The notes beneath the pieces are model-generated. The model did no database searches. It worked only from the letters and a program-made list of their open reading frames with translations, and was not told the origin of the DNA. This document shows, in pieces, positions 18,545-27,377 of a stretch of DNA of 35,614 nucleotides. Within the stretch, counting starts at the first letter, position 1. The number at the start of each line of letters is the position of its first letter. Source of the stretch: a virus (lineage: Duplodnaviria; Caudoviricetes); the IMG/VR virus record IMGVR_UViG_3300028145_000014, positions 1-35,614 of that record, one strand, 5' to 3'. A program made the position numbers and the translations under genes.

Positions 18545-19666
18545 ATGGCACTTCCTGCATACAGTCCACGCGCGGGCGAGATCGGCGACGCCGAGATGAA
18601 CTTCGGCTTGCAGACGCTTGATCCGTCGAAGGCCGGTGCTGCGTTTCCACTGTTGATCGGTGCACAGGCTGCGAGACAAGACGCATTCCGGCAATACAAT
18701 GCCAACAATGCGTATGATCAGGCATTGGCTGCATTACAGCAGCGCGACACTGCCCGCAACAATGACATGACGCATCTGACAACGCTGATCAACTCAAAGA
18801 CGCCCGGTGCAATTGATCTCGCTACACGACTTGGTCTAACGAGTGGCTTGTTCGCTGGTTCAGACCCGTCTGCATCCGCAGCAATCGGTGGCATCACCAA
18901 TCTACAGAACCGTGAAGCACAGGCTGGTATCTTCAAGACAGTTGCCGAAGGAACAAAGGCAGGTGTTGACTCAGGATACACGGTCGGTATTCCTGACTAC
19001 ACTGCGATGTCGGGCACGACACCCGTCATGAAGGCACCACTGTCGATGCAACTTGAGGGCATGCGTCAGGAGGGAGCGAATGCGCGCTCTGCTGCACAGT
19101 TGCTGAGGGACAGTCAGGTCACATATGGACTGACACGTGACAAAGATGGCAACATCGTGCCGACAGCAAGTGGTGTGCACGCTGGAAATGTAGGTGAGGC
19201 CGGTGCGAACCTCGATCGGATCGCCAACGCACCGCCGAAGACGTATGTTGGTGCGGATGGTGAAACGAAGACAGTCGCCGGCAATCCACAACTGACGACA
19301 TCAGGCGTCATCAAGGATCGTAAGTCTGGTGCAATCACCAGCACATACAATACACCACTGAAGCCTGCAACCGGTGGCACACCGAACACATCAGCACCGC
19401 CGCCTGCATCGACTGCACAAGGTGCGTCACTTGTGCCTGCTGGTATCATGGTTGCACCTGATCGAACAGCGAATTGGTCGAAGGTGCAGCCATATGCACA
19501 GCAGTATTACAACTGGGCTACCGGTCCGAGTTCGACACTCACACCGCAACAACAAGCTGCTGTGAAGGCGAACTTCAGTAGCGGGAACTTCGGCATCGGT
19601 GTAACTGAACAAGGCAAGAAGTATCTCACGATGAGCGGTAGGCCGGTGGTAGGTGTGAGGGAGTAA
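18545..19666 (+). CDS. Internal virion / DNA ejection protein 3 (putative)
   Basis: SD GAGGTG; 373 aa Ala/Gly/Thr-rich with no Cys; position in the ejection cluster. Confidence 0.6.
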   Translation: MALPAYSPRAGEIGDAEMNFGLQTLDPSKAGAAFPLLIGAQAARQDAFRQYNANNAYDQALAALQQRDTARNNDMTHLTTLINSKTPGAIDLATRLGLTSGLFAGSDPSASAAIGGITNLQNREAQAGIFKTVAEGTKAGVDSGYTVGIPDYTAMSGTTPVMKAPLSMQLEGMRQEGANARSAAQLLRDSQVTYGLTRDKDGNIVPTASGVHAGNVGEAGANLDRIANAPPKTYVGADGETKTVAGNPQLTTSGVIKDRKSGAITSTYNTPLKPATGGTPNTSAPPPASTAQGASLVPAGIMVAPDRTANWSKVQPYAQQYYNWATGPSSTLTPQQQAAVKANFSSGNFGIGVTEQGKKYLTMSGRPVVGVRE

Positions 19667-22600
19667 TGGCTCTACAACCGAACGAGGTTCTCGAACCACC
19701 GACATCGATCCTCGATCTGTCGAAACTGATCGTCAGTCGCATCCCCGGTGCGCTATACGGTGGTGTGCGCGGCGACCCGAATGCTGAGACAACCGCAGGT
19801 CGATACATTCCTGGTGTTGTGCAGCAGACAGTTGGTCAACTCGGTGAATGGGGCACTGAGGGATACAACGGACTGCGTTCGATCATCCCACCAGTGTTCG
19901 GCTATGCACCGCAGCCACCTGTTGAGCCACCTGAGTTTGTCAGTGATGCAACACGTCATGCTGGTGGTGCATTGAAGGCTGCACAGGGTCAACTTGGTCT
20001 AGCAATCGAACCACGCAATGCAATCGAGCGCACCGTTGCAGCAGGTGTCGATGCTGCTGGTCAGTCGTTGCCTCTACCGTCGAGTCTCGGTCGTATGCTA
20101 CCAAATGCAGCACGCGGCGTTGGTGCGCTCGTTACACCGTCACTCGTGTTGCCGAAGTTCAACGCTGCATTGCAGGGAGGCACTGCCGCAGTCGGTCAGG
20201 GTATCGCAGAATACAACCAAGCAGAGACACGACACGCTGCGGTGGAGAAGCCACTGCTTGAATTACCGACTGATGCACCAGCGCAGCCTACTGCACAGAA
20301 ACAACTGCTCGATTTACCTACCGCAGTAAGTTCTCTGCCACCGGCACCACCGAAGTCGCTACTTGAACTACCGGATGACACGAAGCCCGGTGTGAATGCA
20401 CCACCGATCACTGCACAGCAACCCGATCAGACTGGTCTAACATTTGGTCAAGGACTTGCACTCGCAACGGGTAGCCTTGCTGCTATCTCGCTTGCTTCGC
20501 CACTCGGTCGAGTAGTCGGTGCTGCTCGTCGTGCAATGCGTGCTGGTGAGACTGCCAAACTGAATGAAGCAATCGGTCTGCGCACCGGTGATCCCAATGT
20601 TCCTGTTCCTCCTGGCTATAATCCTACGAACCCACCACCACTACCCGATGTTCCTGTTCCTGGGTCCGGTGGTATAGGCACACGTGCAGTCACTGCATTC
20701 GTTGACGAACAAGCACGTGCAAAGGGTATTGCCGAAGCGTATGCAGAGTCACCGCAGGAAGCACGTGCGTTGCAGGCTGCACTTGGTCAGTTCGGTGACA
20801 AGCAAGCAGCGAATACACGTGCTCGCGAACTGCTTGCGACAGGCGTCGATTGGATCACGAAGGATCGACTGCCTGCTGTTGAGCGATACATTCGTCGTAT
20901 CGGTGCAGACCTGCCTGAGACTAAACAAAATCTGCTGAACACCGGGCTGTATGCAGCGAATGAACTAGACGACCGTGCTGAGATGGTGCGACAGGCACTG
21001 ATGAAGGGACAGCAAGCGACAATCAACGACCCGGAGATGAGACATGCGTTGTGGACTACCGATACACCGACACTGAAGGCACAAGTAGCCGCTGCACGGG
21101 CTGATCCTGATGTGCTGAAGTTCATGGATGAATTTCGCACCATCGACAACGCGTATTTGCGGCACTACAACGAGAAACGTGGCCTGATCAGCGACAGCGA
21201 CGCGTCGAACATGCGTGCAATCCGCCCGAACCATGTATCGCGCATGAGTAGTGAAGGCAAATTGCTGCAAGTCTTCGGTGAACGCGAGTTGCAGCCACGT
21301 GGTGGCCCCACGTCGATTGAACACAAGGCATGGGATGCACTACAGCAACAAACAATAGAGACTGCACGGTCTGCGGACCTCAACGACCGAAATCGTCAGT
21401 TCCTTGAAGCAATTGGCCGGGGTCAAGCTCGCGATCCGTCACTGAACATCATTGCAACACGCCGACAAGGCTACGCGGGCGAGGCAATCGACGATCCACA
21501 GTCACGCATCATCCGTGTGCACACACGCAATGGTCCCGAGGCTTGGGAGATACACGATCCTGTCGTGTATCATCTACTGAGCAAGGGCGACAGCATGCTG
21601 CCAGTCATGGTCGGTGCTGCTGCACACATGTCGCAGACTTTGCAGTCGAGCATTACCGGTCCACTGTCTATGTTCGCTGGTCGGTTGTTCAGTCTGACGA
21701 CGAACCTACCCCGTTCGATTATCAGTGCAGCAAGCGAGCGACCGACTGGCTATGCAGGCAGTTTGTCTGACAAAGCATTGCAAGCTGGCACCGGTGGACG
21801 TGTTGGCTCACGTGTGCTCGATCCGACAACACCAGTCGGCGTCGGCTACCAACTCAGTGCCAACATGTCAGCGATGTTCGCTAAAGGACTTGCTGATGCA
21901 CTCGAACGAGGCACCGGGCCGACTGCTCGACTGTTACAGGGTGCTGCCGGTCGAGACAACGTGCTGAAATTCAGTGATTGGCTGAATGATCGCTACATCA
22001 GTAGCATCCTGCATAAACAACGCAGCGGTGGCCTCGGTGGGCAGGGCGCACGTGCGTCCGTCGAAGTGAACAGCACACTCATACCACGAGGCATCGGCCC
22101 GAAGTATCTCGGTGAAGCATTGCGCGCACCACCATCACCGATCCATAGTGCCGTGCCCGAGTTGTTCCAACCGCGTGGGTTCGCGAGTGCCATTCGTGCA
22201 AAGCGCATGGTCAACGACTTCAACAACCTGATCAACGACGGCATGCACTCGTATTTCTATCGACTCAATCGTGGCAAACCAACTGTTGAACTCGCATATG
22301 AGACAAGTCAACTCACTGGTGCACCCGGCACACAAGGCGCGTCGATGCGCAACTGGAATGCGACTGTGCCGTATCTCAATCCGTCGATACAGGGTGTCGC
22401 ACGGATGGCGCGGTCATACAAAGAGTCACCATTCGGCACAGCCTTTGGTAAGGTCGCGACGTATGGCATGATCCTAGCTGCGGAACAGATGCTTGCAACG
22501 ATCGGTGGTCCAGAACACGTCCGTGCACTGGACGAAGTGCCGACACCGGAGCAGAAAGCAGACAGCATCTTCCTGAACTTCTCAGGCAACCCACTCGGTT

Positions 22601-23703
22601 GGTCACTCCTGAGTGTGCCACAGCAAGATCGGTGGATCATTGAGCCACTGCGACAGTTCATCAAGCACGTGTTCGGTATTCAGCCGCAGATGGACGAGTC
22701 TACTGTCGATCTGATCAAGCGAGGCTTCGAGGAGTGGTTCGGCTCCTACATGTCGCAGTCAACTGCAAAGAGTGCGATCTACGGTGCGACGCAGAACATC
22801 GACCCGATACTGCAACCGCCACTACCGATACAGATGGGTGCAATTGCGACCGGTAATCAACTCAGGCCACAGATACACCACATGATCGATGCGATTGAGC
22901 AGCATCGACCACTGCTCGGTCAGAAAGGCACACTGACACAGCCGATCAGCGAACCGTATAAGTTGCCTGGACAAGATGCATCATACAACAGCGGCGGTGA
23001 CGCTGGTGTGATCAATGCACTCGGTAGTGCAGCGTTCGGACAAGCGATGGCGACGGCGAAAGTGATCTGGGGAGAGGCAACACGCGCAGATACCCTCGGC
23101 GGGTTCTTCGCTGGTGCCAAGGATGCATACCAACAGCGTGTTCGTGACCTCAATCAACTCGCAACTGGCGTGTTGTGGCCGAATGCACCTGTCGTGCAAC
23201 CGCGCGGGCATTACCCGCAGCAACAAGTCATGAATACACTGATCAATCTACGTGAATTGCAGGGTGTTGAGAAGGGTGCACAGCAACAGGGTATGACGAG
23301 ACAAGGCGGGCTGCCGATACCTGTCACCGGTGCGTCATTGTATCCGACCGATCCCATAATGCAGCAAGTATTCGATGTCGGCACGGGTTTGTTCCGTCAT
23401 CTGGAGAACGATGTGGTGAAGCACATCACCGACCTCGATAAACAACGACAACACATTGACGATGTGCCTATGTCACAGGCCGACAAGCGCGAGCAGTCGA
23501 ACCGCATCGCCACCGAGATACATCAATCGTATCTACGTGCTGCCGAGATCGTGCAACTTGCAAATCAACGTGCATCCGAGATCGCAGGTGCGCCTATTGA
23601 CTATGCACAGCACATCGACTGGCGTGTTGGATCGAAGCAGTTCGCTGTGCCGGCGTTGTTGGCGCAACCACAGCAACAGAAGCTGCTCGACCTCCCTGAA
23701 TAA
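19666..23703 (+). CDS. Large internal virion / DNA ejection protein (1345 aa)
   Basis: Last and largest late gene; TAATG coupling with SD GAGGGAG; Cys-free helical protein; segment VPYLNPSIQGVARMAR resembles large podovirus ejection proteins. Confidence 0.7.
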   Translation: MALQPNEVLEPPTSILDLSKLIVSRIPGALYGGVRGDPNAETTAGRYIPGVVQQTVGQLGEWGTEGYNGLRSIIPPVFGYAPQPPVEPPEFVSDATRHAGGALKAAQGQLGLAIEPRNAIERTVAAGVDAAGQSLPLPSSLGRMLPNAARGVGALVTPSLVLPKFNAALQGGTAAVGQGIAEYNQAETRHAAVEKPLLELPTDAPAQPTAQKQLLDLPTAVSSLPPAPPKSLLELPDDTKPGVNAPPITAQQPDQTGLTFGQGLALATGSLAAISLASPLGRVVGAARRAMRAGETAKLNEAIGLRTGDPNVPVPPGYNPTNPPPLPDVPVPGSGGIGTRAVTAFVDEQARAKGIAEAYAESPQEARALQAALGQFGDKQAANTRARELLATGVDWITKDRLPAVERYIRRIGADLPETKQNLLNTGLYAANELDDRAEMVRQALMKGQQATINDPEMRHALWTTDTPTLKAQVAAARADPDVLKFMDEFRTIDNAYLRHYNEKRGLISDSDASNMRAIRPNHVSRMSSEGKLLQVFGERELQPRGGPTSIEHKAWDALQQQTIETARSADLNDRNRQFLEAIGRGQARDPSLNIIATRRQGYAGEAIDDPQSRIIRVHTRNGPEAWEIHDPVVYHLLSKGDSMLPVMVGAAAHMSQTLQSSITGPLSMFAGRLFSLTTNLPRSIISAASERPTGYAGSLSDKALQAGTGGRVGSRVLDPTTPVGVGYQLSANMSAMFAKGLADALERGTGPTARLLQGAAGRDNVLKFSDWLNDRYISSILHKQRSGGLGGQGARASVEVNSTLIPRGIGPKYLGEALRAPPSPIHSAVPELFQPRGFASAIRAKRMVNDFNNLINDGMHSYFYRLNRGKPTVELAYETSQLTGAPGTQGASMRNWNATVPYLNPSIQGVARMARSYKESPFGTAFGKVATYGMILAAEQMLATIGGPEHVRALDEVPTPEQKADSIFLNFSGNPLGWSLLSVPQQDRWIIEPLRQFIKHVFGIQPQMDESTVDLIKRGFEEWFGSYMSQSTAKSAIYGATQNIDPILQPPLPIQMGAIATGNQLRPQIHHMIDAIEQHRPLLGQKGTLTQPISEPYKLPGQDASYNSGGDAGVINALGSAAFGQAMATAKVIWGEATRADTLGGFFAGAKDAYQQRVRDLNQLATGVLWPNAPVVQPRGHYPQQQVMNTLINLRELQGVEKGAQQQGMTRQGGLPIPVTGASLYPTDPIMQQVFDVGTGLFRHLENDVVKHITDLDKQRQHIDDVPMSQADKREQSNRIATEIHQSYLRAAEIVQLANQRASEIAGAPIDYAQHIDWRVGSKQFAVPALLAQPQQQKLLDLPE
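20316..20331 (+). repeat. 16-bp quasi-palindrome copy 3 (ACCTACCGCAGTAAGT), inside the large ejection gene
   Basis: 15/16 match; read as P-T-A-V-S. Confidence 0.88.
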
Positions 23704-23723
23704 TTCCCTTGACAAACACACGT

Positions 23724-23755
23724 TCACCCATCACCCTACCAGGGCGGTGGGCGGG
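23724..23755. terminator. Imperfect GC-rich hairpin at the convergence of the two gene blocks
   Basis: TCACCCATCACCCT-acc-AGGGCGGTGGGCGGG; no clear U-tract on either side. Confidence 0.35.
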
Positions 23756-23762
23756 CCGCGGA

Positions 23763-23778
23763 ACTTACCGCAGTAAGT
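23763..23778 (+). repeat. 16-bp quasi-palindrome copy 4 (ACTTACCGCAGTAAGT)
   Basis: Perfect copy at the convergence zone; contains the TAA stop of the 58-aa minus-strand ORF. Confidence 0.95.
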
Positions 23779-23941
23779 AGTCTGCCGGCTCGGGGTGGGC
23801 CAGATATTCGTATAAACAACCGCAGCACTCGTCGATCAGGTCTGGTCCGACGAGATAATTGCCATTCTGTTTTTGTTGCTGATACACATTCTCTAGCCTA
23901 GCGATACAATTACGGACCCGATCATCGTAGGTCTCGCTCAT
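23765..23941 (-). CDS. 58-aa hypothetical protein (not in ORF track)
   Basis: ATGA overlap with the stop of the NrdR-like gene; MSETYDDRVRNCIARLENVYQQQKQNGNYLVGPDLIDECCGCLYEYLAHPEPADYLLR. Confidence 0.65.
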   Translation of the reverse strand: MSETYDDRVRNCIARLENVYQQQKQNGNYLVGPDLIDECCGCLYEYLAHPEPADYLLR

Positions 23942-24243
23942 GCAGCAATCTCGGTCGGCTCAGGGACGGACATGTCTGGTTTGTTCTTCAGTGTCTCGAT
24001 TGCAGCGTGCACACTGAGTGCATACTTGCCCAAGTCGTCGAGTTTGTATGTAATTGCCAACAGCGACTCGATGTCCTCGACCGGTAGTTCAATCGTAGAC
24101 CAGCGCATGTTACAGTCTGCACACTGCTTACGACGACGCCGCCACGACGGACGATCCGCCGGGCGGCTGTCAATTGTCATCGCATTGCCAGACCCACAGT
24201 AGCGACACTGGTTACTGTCGATGGCCTTAGTCGGCATCCTCAT
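23938..24243 (-). CDS. NrdR-like zinc-ribbon DNA-binding protein lacking the ATP-cone
   Basis: CRYCGSGNAMTIDSR...WRRRRKQCADCNMRWSTIE matches the NrdR N-terminal pattern CPxC..T.V.DSR..RRRR.C..C..RFTT.E; short helical C-terminus. Start at 24243 or 24237. Confidence 0.82.
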   Translation of the reverse strand: MRMPTKAIDSNQCRYCGSGNAMTIDSRPADRPSWRRRRKQCADCNMRWSTIELPVEDIESLLAITYKLDDLGKYALSVHAAIETLKNKPDMSVPEPTEIAA

Positions 24244-26734
24244 ACACCTTCTTGACTTTGTCGAGCGTGGACCACCGATGTATACCATACTCGTCAGGGT
24301 ATGTCACCTTGAATTCCGCAGGCACAATCAGTGGCTCAGGCTGGTCAACCCCTCGTAGGCGGTTCTTGACGCTGTTGATCATGAGCGGTTCTTCGGCATA
24401 CTCACGCATGATCTCACGCACGAGTTCACCGTCATGCGGTCGGTGCATCGCGATGTTCGCATCATGCAGGTTCATCATCATGCGCGCATCGCGAGGCCAC
24501 CGTGGGTCGGACTCACACTTGTAGATCACACTTGCCGTGAAGTCACCGTTGATCGACTGCGGCTCGAAGGCAATGATGCTCTCGAATGCCTGATCATCGG
24601 GTCGTTCTAGCAGTATCCATCGTCGTCCGAGACAAGTAGTAATTGCCCGATCCCGTTTGACAAGTTCAATAACGTCATCCCACCACACGGAGATTTGTGG
24701 TGTGACGCGATGGTATAGACTGAATGCCCGCTCAGCCTGATGCTGTGGCAGTCCGGTGACAATGCCAAGTCGGTCTGCTTGCATCCTGTAGTTGAGACCG
24801 TGACGTGACCGTTTGGAGACATACCGAACGGTAGGCTCACCGGCTTCAGTCCAGTCCTCTCTTGGAACCTGCTCATAGGGAATACCAAACATCTCCGACG
24901 CTAATGCACAATGTGCATCATACGATCCGGGATGCAACCTCGCCATCTCAAATTGATGCTTCCACACAGGAATGTCAGCGAGGTAGGCAACAATCCGTGC
25001 CTCGATCTGGGCCATGTCGTAATAACTGAACACGAACCCAGGATCGGCGATGAACATGGGCTTCGCTCGCACTGGTATGTTCTGCAAGTTCTGTCCGTTG
25101 CCCCACATCACTTGCGAGGAACTAAGGCGCCCTGGAAGTCGGGCCGTGCCGGTTTGCTTGTATTCACATCTGAACCTGTTGTCGGGATCGATCCTTGATC
25201 TGGCGTAGGTGCTGTTAAACTTTGCATCTTTGCGATAGCCATCAATTCCATCGATAACTTCGCGAGCCGCTGGGCTGGTTCGAGGATGTGCTCGCATACG
25301 CTTACGATTTTCTTTGTCAGTTGATCTTCCTCGTCCGACCAAGTGTAGTTCGTCGAACAGAAGTCGCTGCACATCTGGTGTAGAGTTGGGGTTAAATTCA
25401 TAGTCAGATAGTCCAAGCGCCTCAGCAGCCTTTGTTTGGCATACTCGTCTTGCTTGCTCGACATCTCCAGCGAGTTGCTCGGTGATGGTTGCTTTGAGTC
25501 CGACATCACACAGGATACCTCCGACAGTCATGCGAACGAGGTGCGGTTGCAGCCGCATCACGTGATTGAAGAAGAATTGATCCAAGCCCTGAGCACGGAG
25601 TTCGACAAGTAGTCGCTGCGCACAGGCAAGCGTAATGCAACAGTCCTTGACGTTGTATTCCCAGAACGCATCGATGTCGTTCTCCTGCCGCCACTCCTTG
25701 CCTTCGTCTTTGTAATACGGATGGTCGGTGTATTGCGCAGTCAGGAACCCGAGGTCATGCGGCAGTGACGGGTAGAGCAAGTGATGCGCGAGCATGGTGT
25801 CGAAGTAATTACGGTGCACCCGGATGCGGTCTCGATACCACAACCAGTAGCTGTCGAAGTTACCGTTCTGTGCGACGAACCGCTTGTTCGGGTCGGCAAG
25901 GAAGTTCGCGAGTGCGAGCCTGATGCTGCGCTCTTGTTCGAGTGTGTAGAGATTGTGTCCATTGGCCCGGAAGTTGATGCAGACACCGGCAGTAGTTGTG
26001 GCTGCGAAGCCCACACACGCAGTCTCACCCGCCATGCATTCGATGTCATATGCAATCATTTCCTCATCTGGTAGATCATGTAGGTATGTGATCCAACCGA
26101 GTGCTTGCTCGAACGACAAGTTGTGATACGCCTTGATAGCGGGGGGCCGAAGCTCCCCGCGTATCAATCGACTGAGTTTACCAAGGTCCATACGAAACAC
26201 GATCTCAAGTCGTGGCTCACGCATGATGAATGCTGGGTTGTAGGTGCACAGTATAGGCACGTCACGACCACCGATTGTGACGCGCTCGACTGAACCACGA
26301 AGCTGTGTAATCGCATGATGTCGTGTGAGTGCGCTAAGGGCATACGAACCAAGCACGACGATGTATTTGAGGTTCGGTAAATACGATAGCTCCTCCCGCA
26401 GTAAGTTCTGCCACATGGCGAGTTCTTGCTTGCCGATTGCTGCCTTGCGTGACTTGCCTTCGCCGATGCTGAGCAGCATGCGCTTCACGACGTTCGTCAT
26501 GTAGACACGGTTGCGTGTTAGACCGTCCTTGCGCAGCACTTCCCACAGAAACTTGCCGCTGCCTCCAATCAGCGGCTCTTTGAGTTGACACTCACGCTCG
26601 CCGGGTGCTTCGGCGATGATGGCGATCTCACTGTCGAGCGAGCCGCCGCATCCGCAGTCGAATTGCAGTGTTGCCGTGTGACAATACTGTCGCAACTCAC
26701 GGTTCATCGACGCAACGTCGGTGATGTTCTGCAT
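24227..26734 (-). CDS. polA: Family A DNA polymerase with N-terminal uracil-DNA-glycosylase-like domain and 3'-5' exonuclease
   Basis: SD GGAGGT before ATG 26734. UDG family-4-like AEAPG..E..PLIGGSG..YMTNVVK; Exo motifs YDIE, QNGNFD, YNVKD; Pol motifs TARLPGRLSS, NLQNIP, A (DMAQIEAR), B (RYVSKRSRHGLNY), C (LHDA). Confidence 0.95.
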   Translation of the reverse strand: MQNITDVASMNRELRQYCHTATLQFDCGCGGSLDSEIAIIAEAPGERECQLKEPLIGGSGKFLWEVLRKDGLTRNRVYMTNVVKRMLLSIGEGKSRKAAIGKQELAMWQNLLREELSYLPNLKYIVVLGSYALSALTRHHAITQLRGSVERVTIGGRDVPILCTYNPAFIMREPRLEIVFRMDLGKLSRLIRGELRPPAIKAYHNLSFEQALGWITYLHDLPDEEMIAYDIECMAGETACVGFAATTTAGVCINFRANGHNLYTLEQERSIRLALANFLADPNKRFVAQNGNFDSYWLWYRDRIRVHRNYFDTMLAHHLLYPSLPHDLGFLTAQYTDHPYYKDEGKEWRQENDIDAFWEYNVKDCCITLACAQRLLVELRAQGLDQFFFNHVMRLQPHLVRMTVGGILCDVGLKATITEQLAGDVEQARRVCQTKAAEALGLSDYEFNPNSTPDVQRLLFDELHLVGRGRSTDKENRKRMRAHPRTSPAAREVIDGIDGYRKDAKFNSTYARSRIDPDNRFRCEYKQTGTARLPGRLSSSQVMWGNGQNLQNIPVRAKPMFIADPGFVFSYYDMAQIEARIVAYLADIPVWKHQFEMARLHPGSYDAHCALASEMFGIPYEQVPREDWTEAGEPTVRYVSKRSRHGLNYRMQADRLGIVTGLPQHQAERAFSLYHRVTPQISVWWDDVIELVKRDRAITTCLGRRWILLERPDDQAFESIIAFEPQSINGDFTASVIYKCESDPRWPRDARMMMNLHDANIAMHRPHDGELVREIMREYAEEPLMINSVKNRLRGVDQPEPLIVPAEFKVTYPDEYGIHRWSTLDKVKKVYEDAD

Positions 26735-26736
26735 GC

Positions 26737-26823
26737 TTACCTCCACGGTATCATGAAACTGAGAAGTGCGAGTAAACTCGCACAGCCCAGCAAGAAGATG
26801 ATGACTTTGGTGCCGTCTGTCAT
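26737..26823 (-). CDS. 28-aa single-TM peptide (not in ORF track)
   Basis: ATGA overlap with the upstream stop; MTDGTKVIIFLLGCASLLALLSFMIPWR; fills the gap exactly and its last codons form the polymerase SD. Confidence 0.55.
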   Translation of the reverse strand: MTDGTKVIIFLLGCASLLALLSFMIPWR

Positions 26824-27350
26824 CGGTTGCGGATGTTGACTTGTGCCGGAGGACGACCACGCTCACTACGCACGACCGGCACGAGTGACTTGCGTGACGG
26901 TGGTGGCTGTATGTATGAGAACCACGACGGCACCTGTATCAAGACTGCACTACCGTCGATTGAATACTCCATGTCAGTCGGTGGACACGGCACACTGACC
27001 GGCGAGTAGAACTTGAATGCACTCTGTATCATCTTGCTGACGAATGACGATGTGCTTTCCTTCTCACCAGACTTGACATACGCGGATGTTGAGAATGTGT
27101 ATCCAGTCGGACTGTGGCTCAGCATGATGAAGCCTGCATCCTGCTCGGTTCCTTCGAGGATACCGAGCCGCACACTCGCTCCGTCGTTGAACAACTGCTT
27201 CTCCCACAGATCGATGACAAGCTGTCGAGGCAGTCGGAAGTAGATCGACACACGATTGTTGCTGCCTGCCGCACATGATAACGTCGGTGCGACGACCCCT
27301 GTGCGGTCGTGTGTGCTGATGCGATTTTTGTTGAGTTCTACGAATGGCAT
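26820..27350 (-). CDS. Hypothetical protein (176 aa)
   Basis: Start MPFVELN with SD AAGGA; no motif recognised. Confidence 0.75.
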   Translation of the reverse strand: MPFVELNKNRISTHDRTGVVAPTLSCAAGSNNRVSIYFRLPRQLVIDLWEKQLFNDGASVRLGILEGTEQDAGFIMLSHSPTGYTFSTSAYVKSGEKESTSSFVSKMIQSAFKFYSPVSVPCPPTDMEYSIDGSAVLIQVPSWFSYIQPPPSRKSLVPVVRSERGRPPAQVNIRNR

Positions 27351-27377
27351 GTTGACGAGTTCCTTGTGAAGCGGGGA

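Noticed and set aside
20597-20677. Direct repeat ATGTTCCTGTTCCT and a 26-codon hydrophobic +1 ORF
   Set aside because: Explained by a duplicated (N/D)VPVP peptide in a Pro-rich linker; ORF is very short with no SD.
26735-26866. Upstream extensions given by the ORF track (polymerase to 26866; also 3844, 10247, 12211, 15302, 15780, 17349, 27410, 29259, 35411)
   Set aside because: Downstream starts have SD sequences or stop-start coupling and avoid long overlaps.
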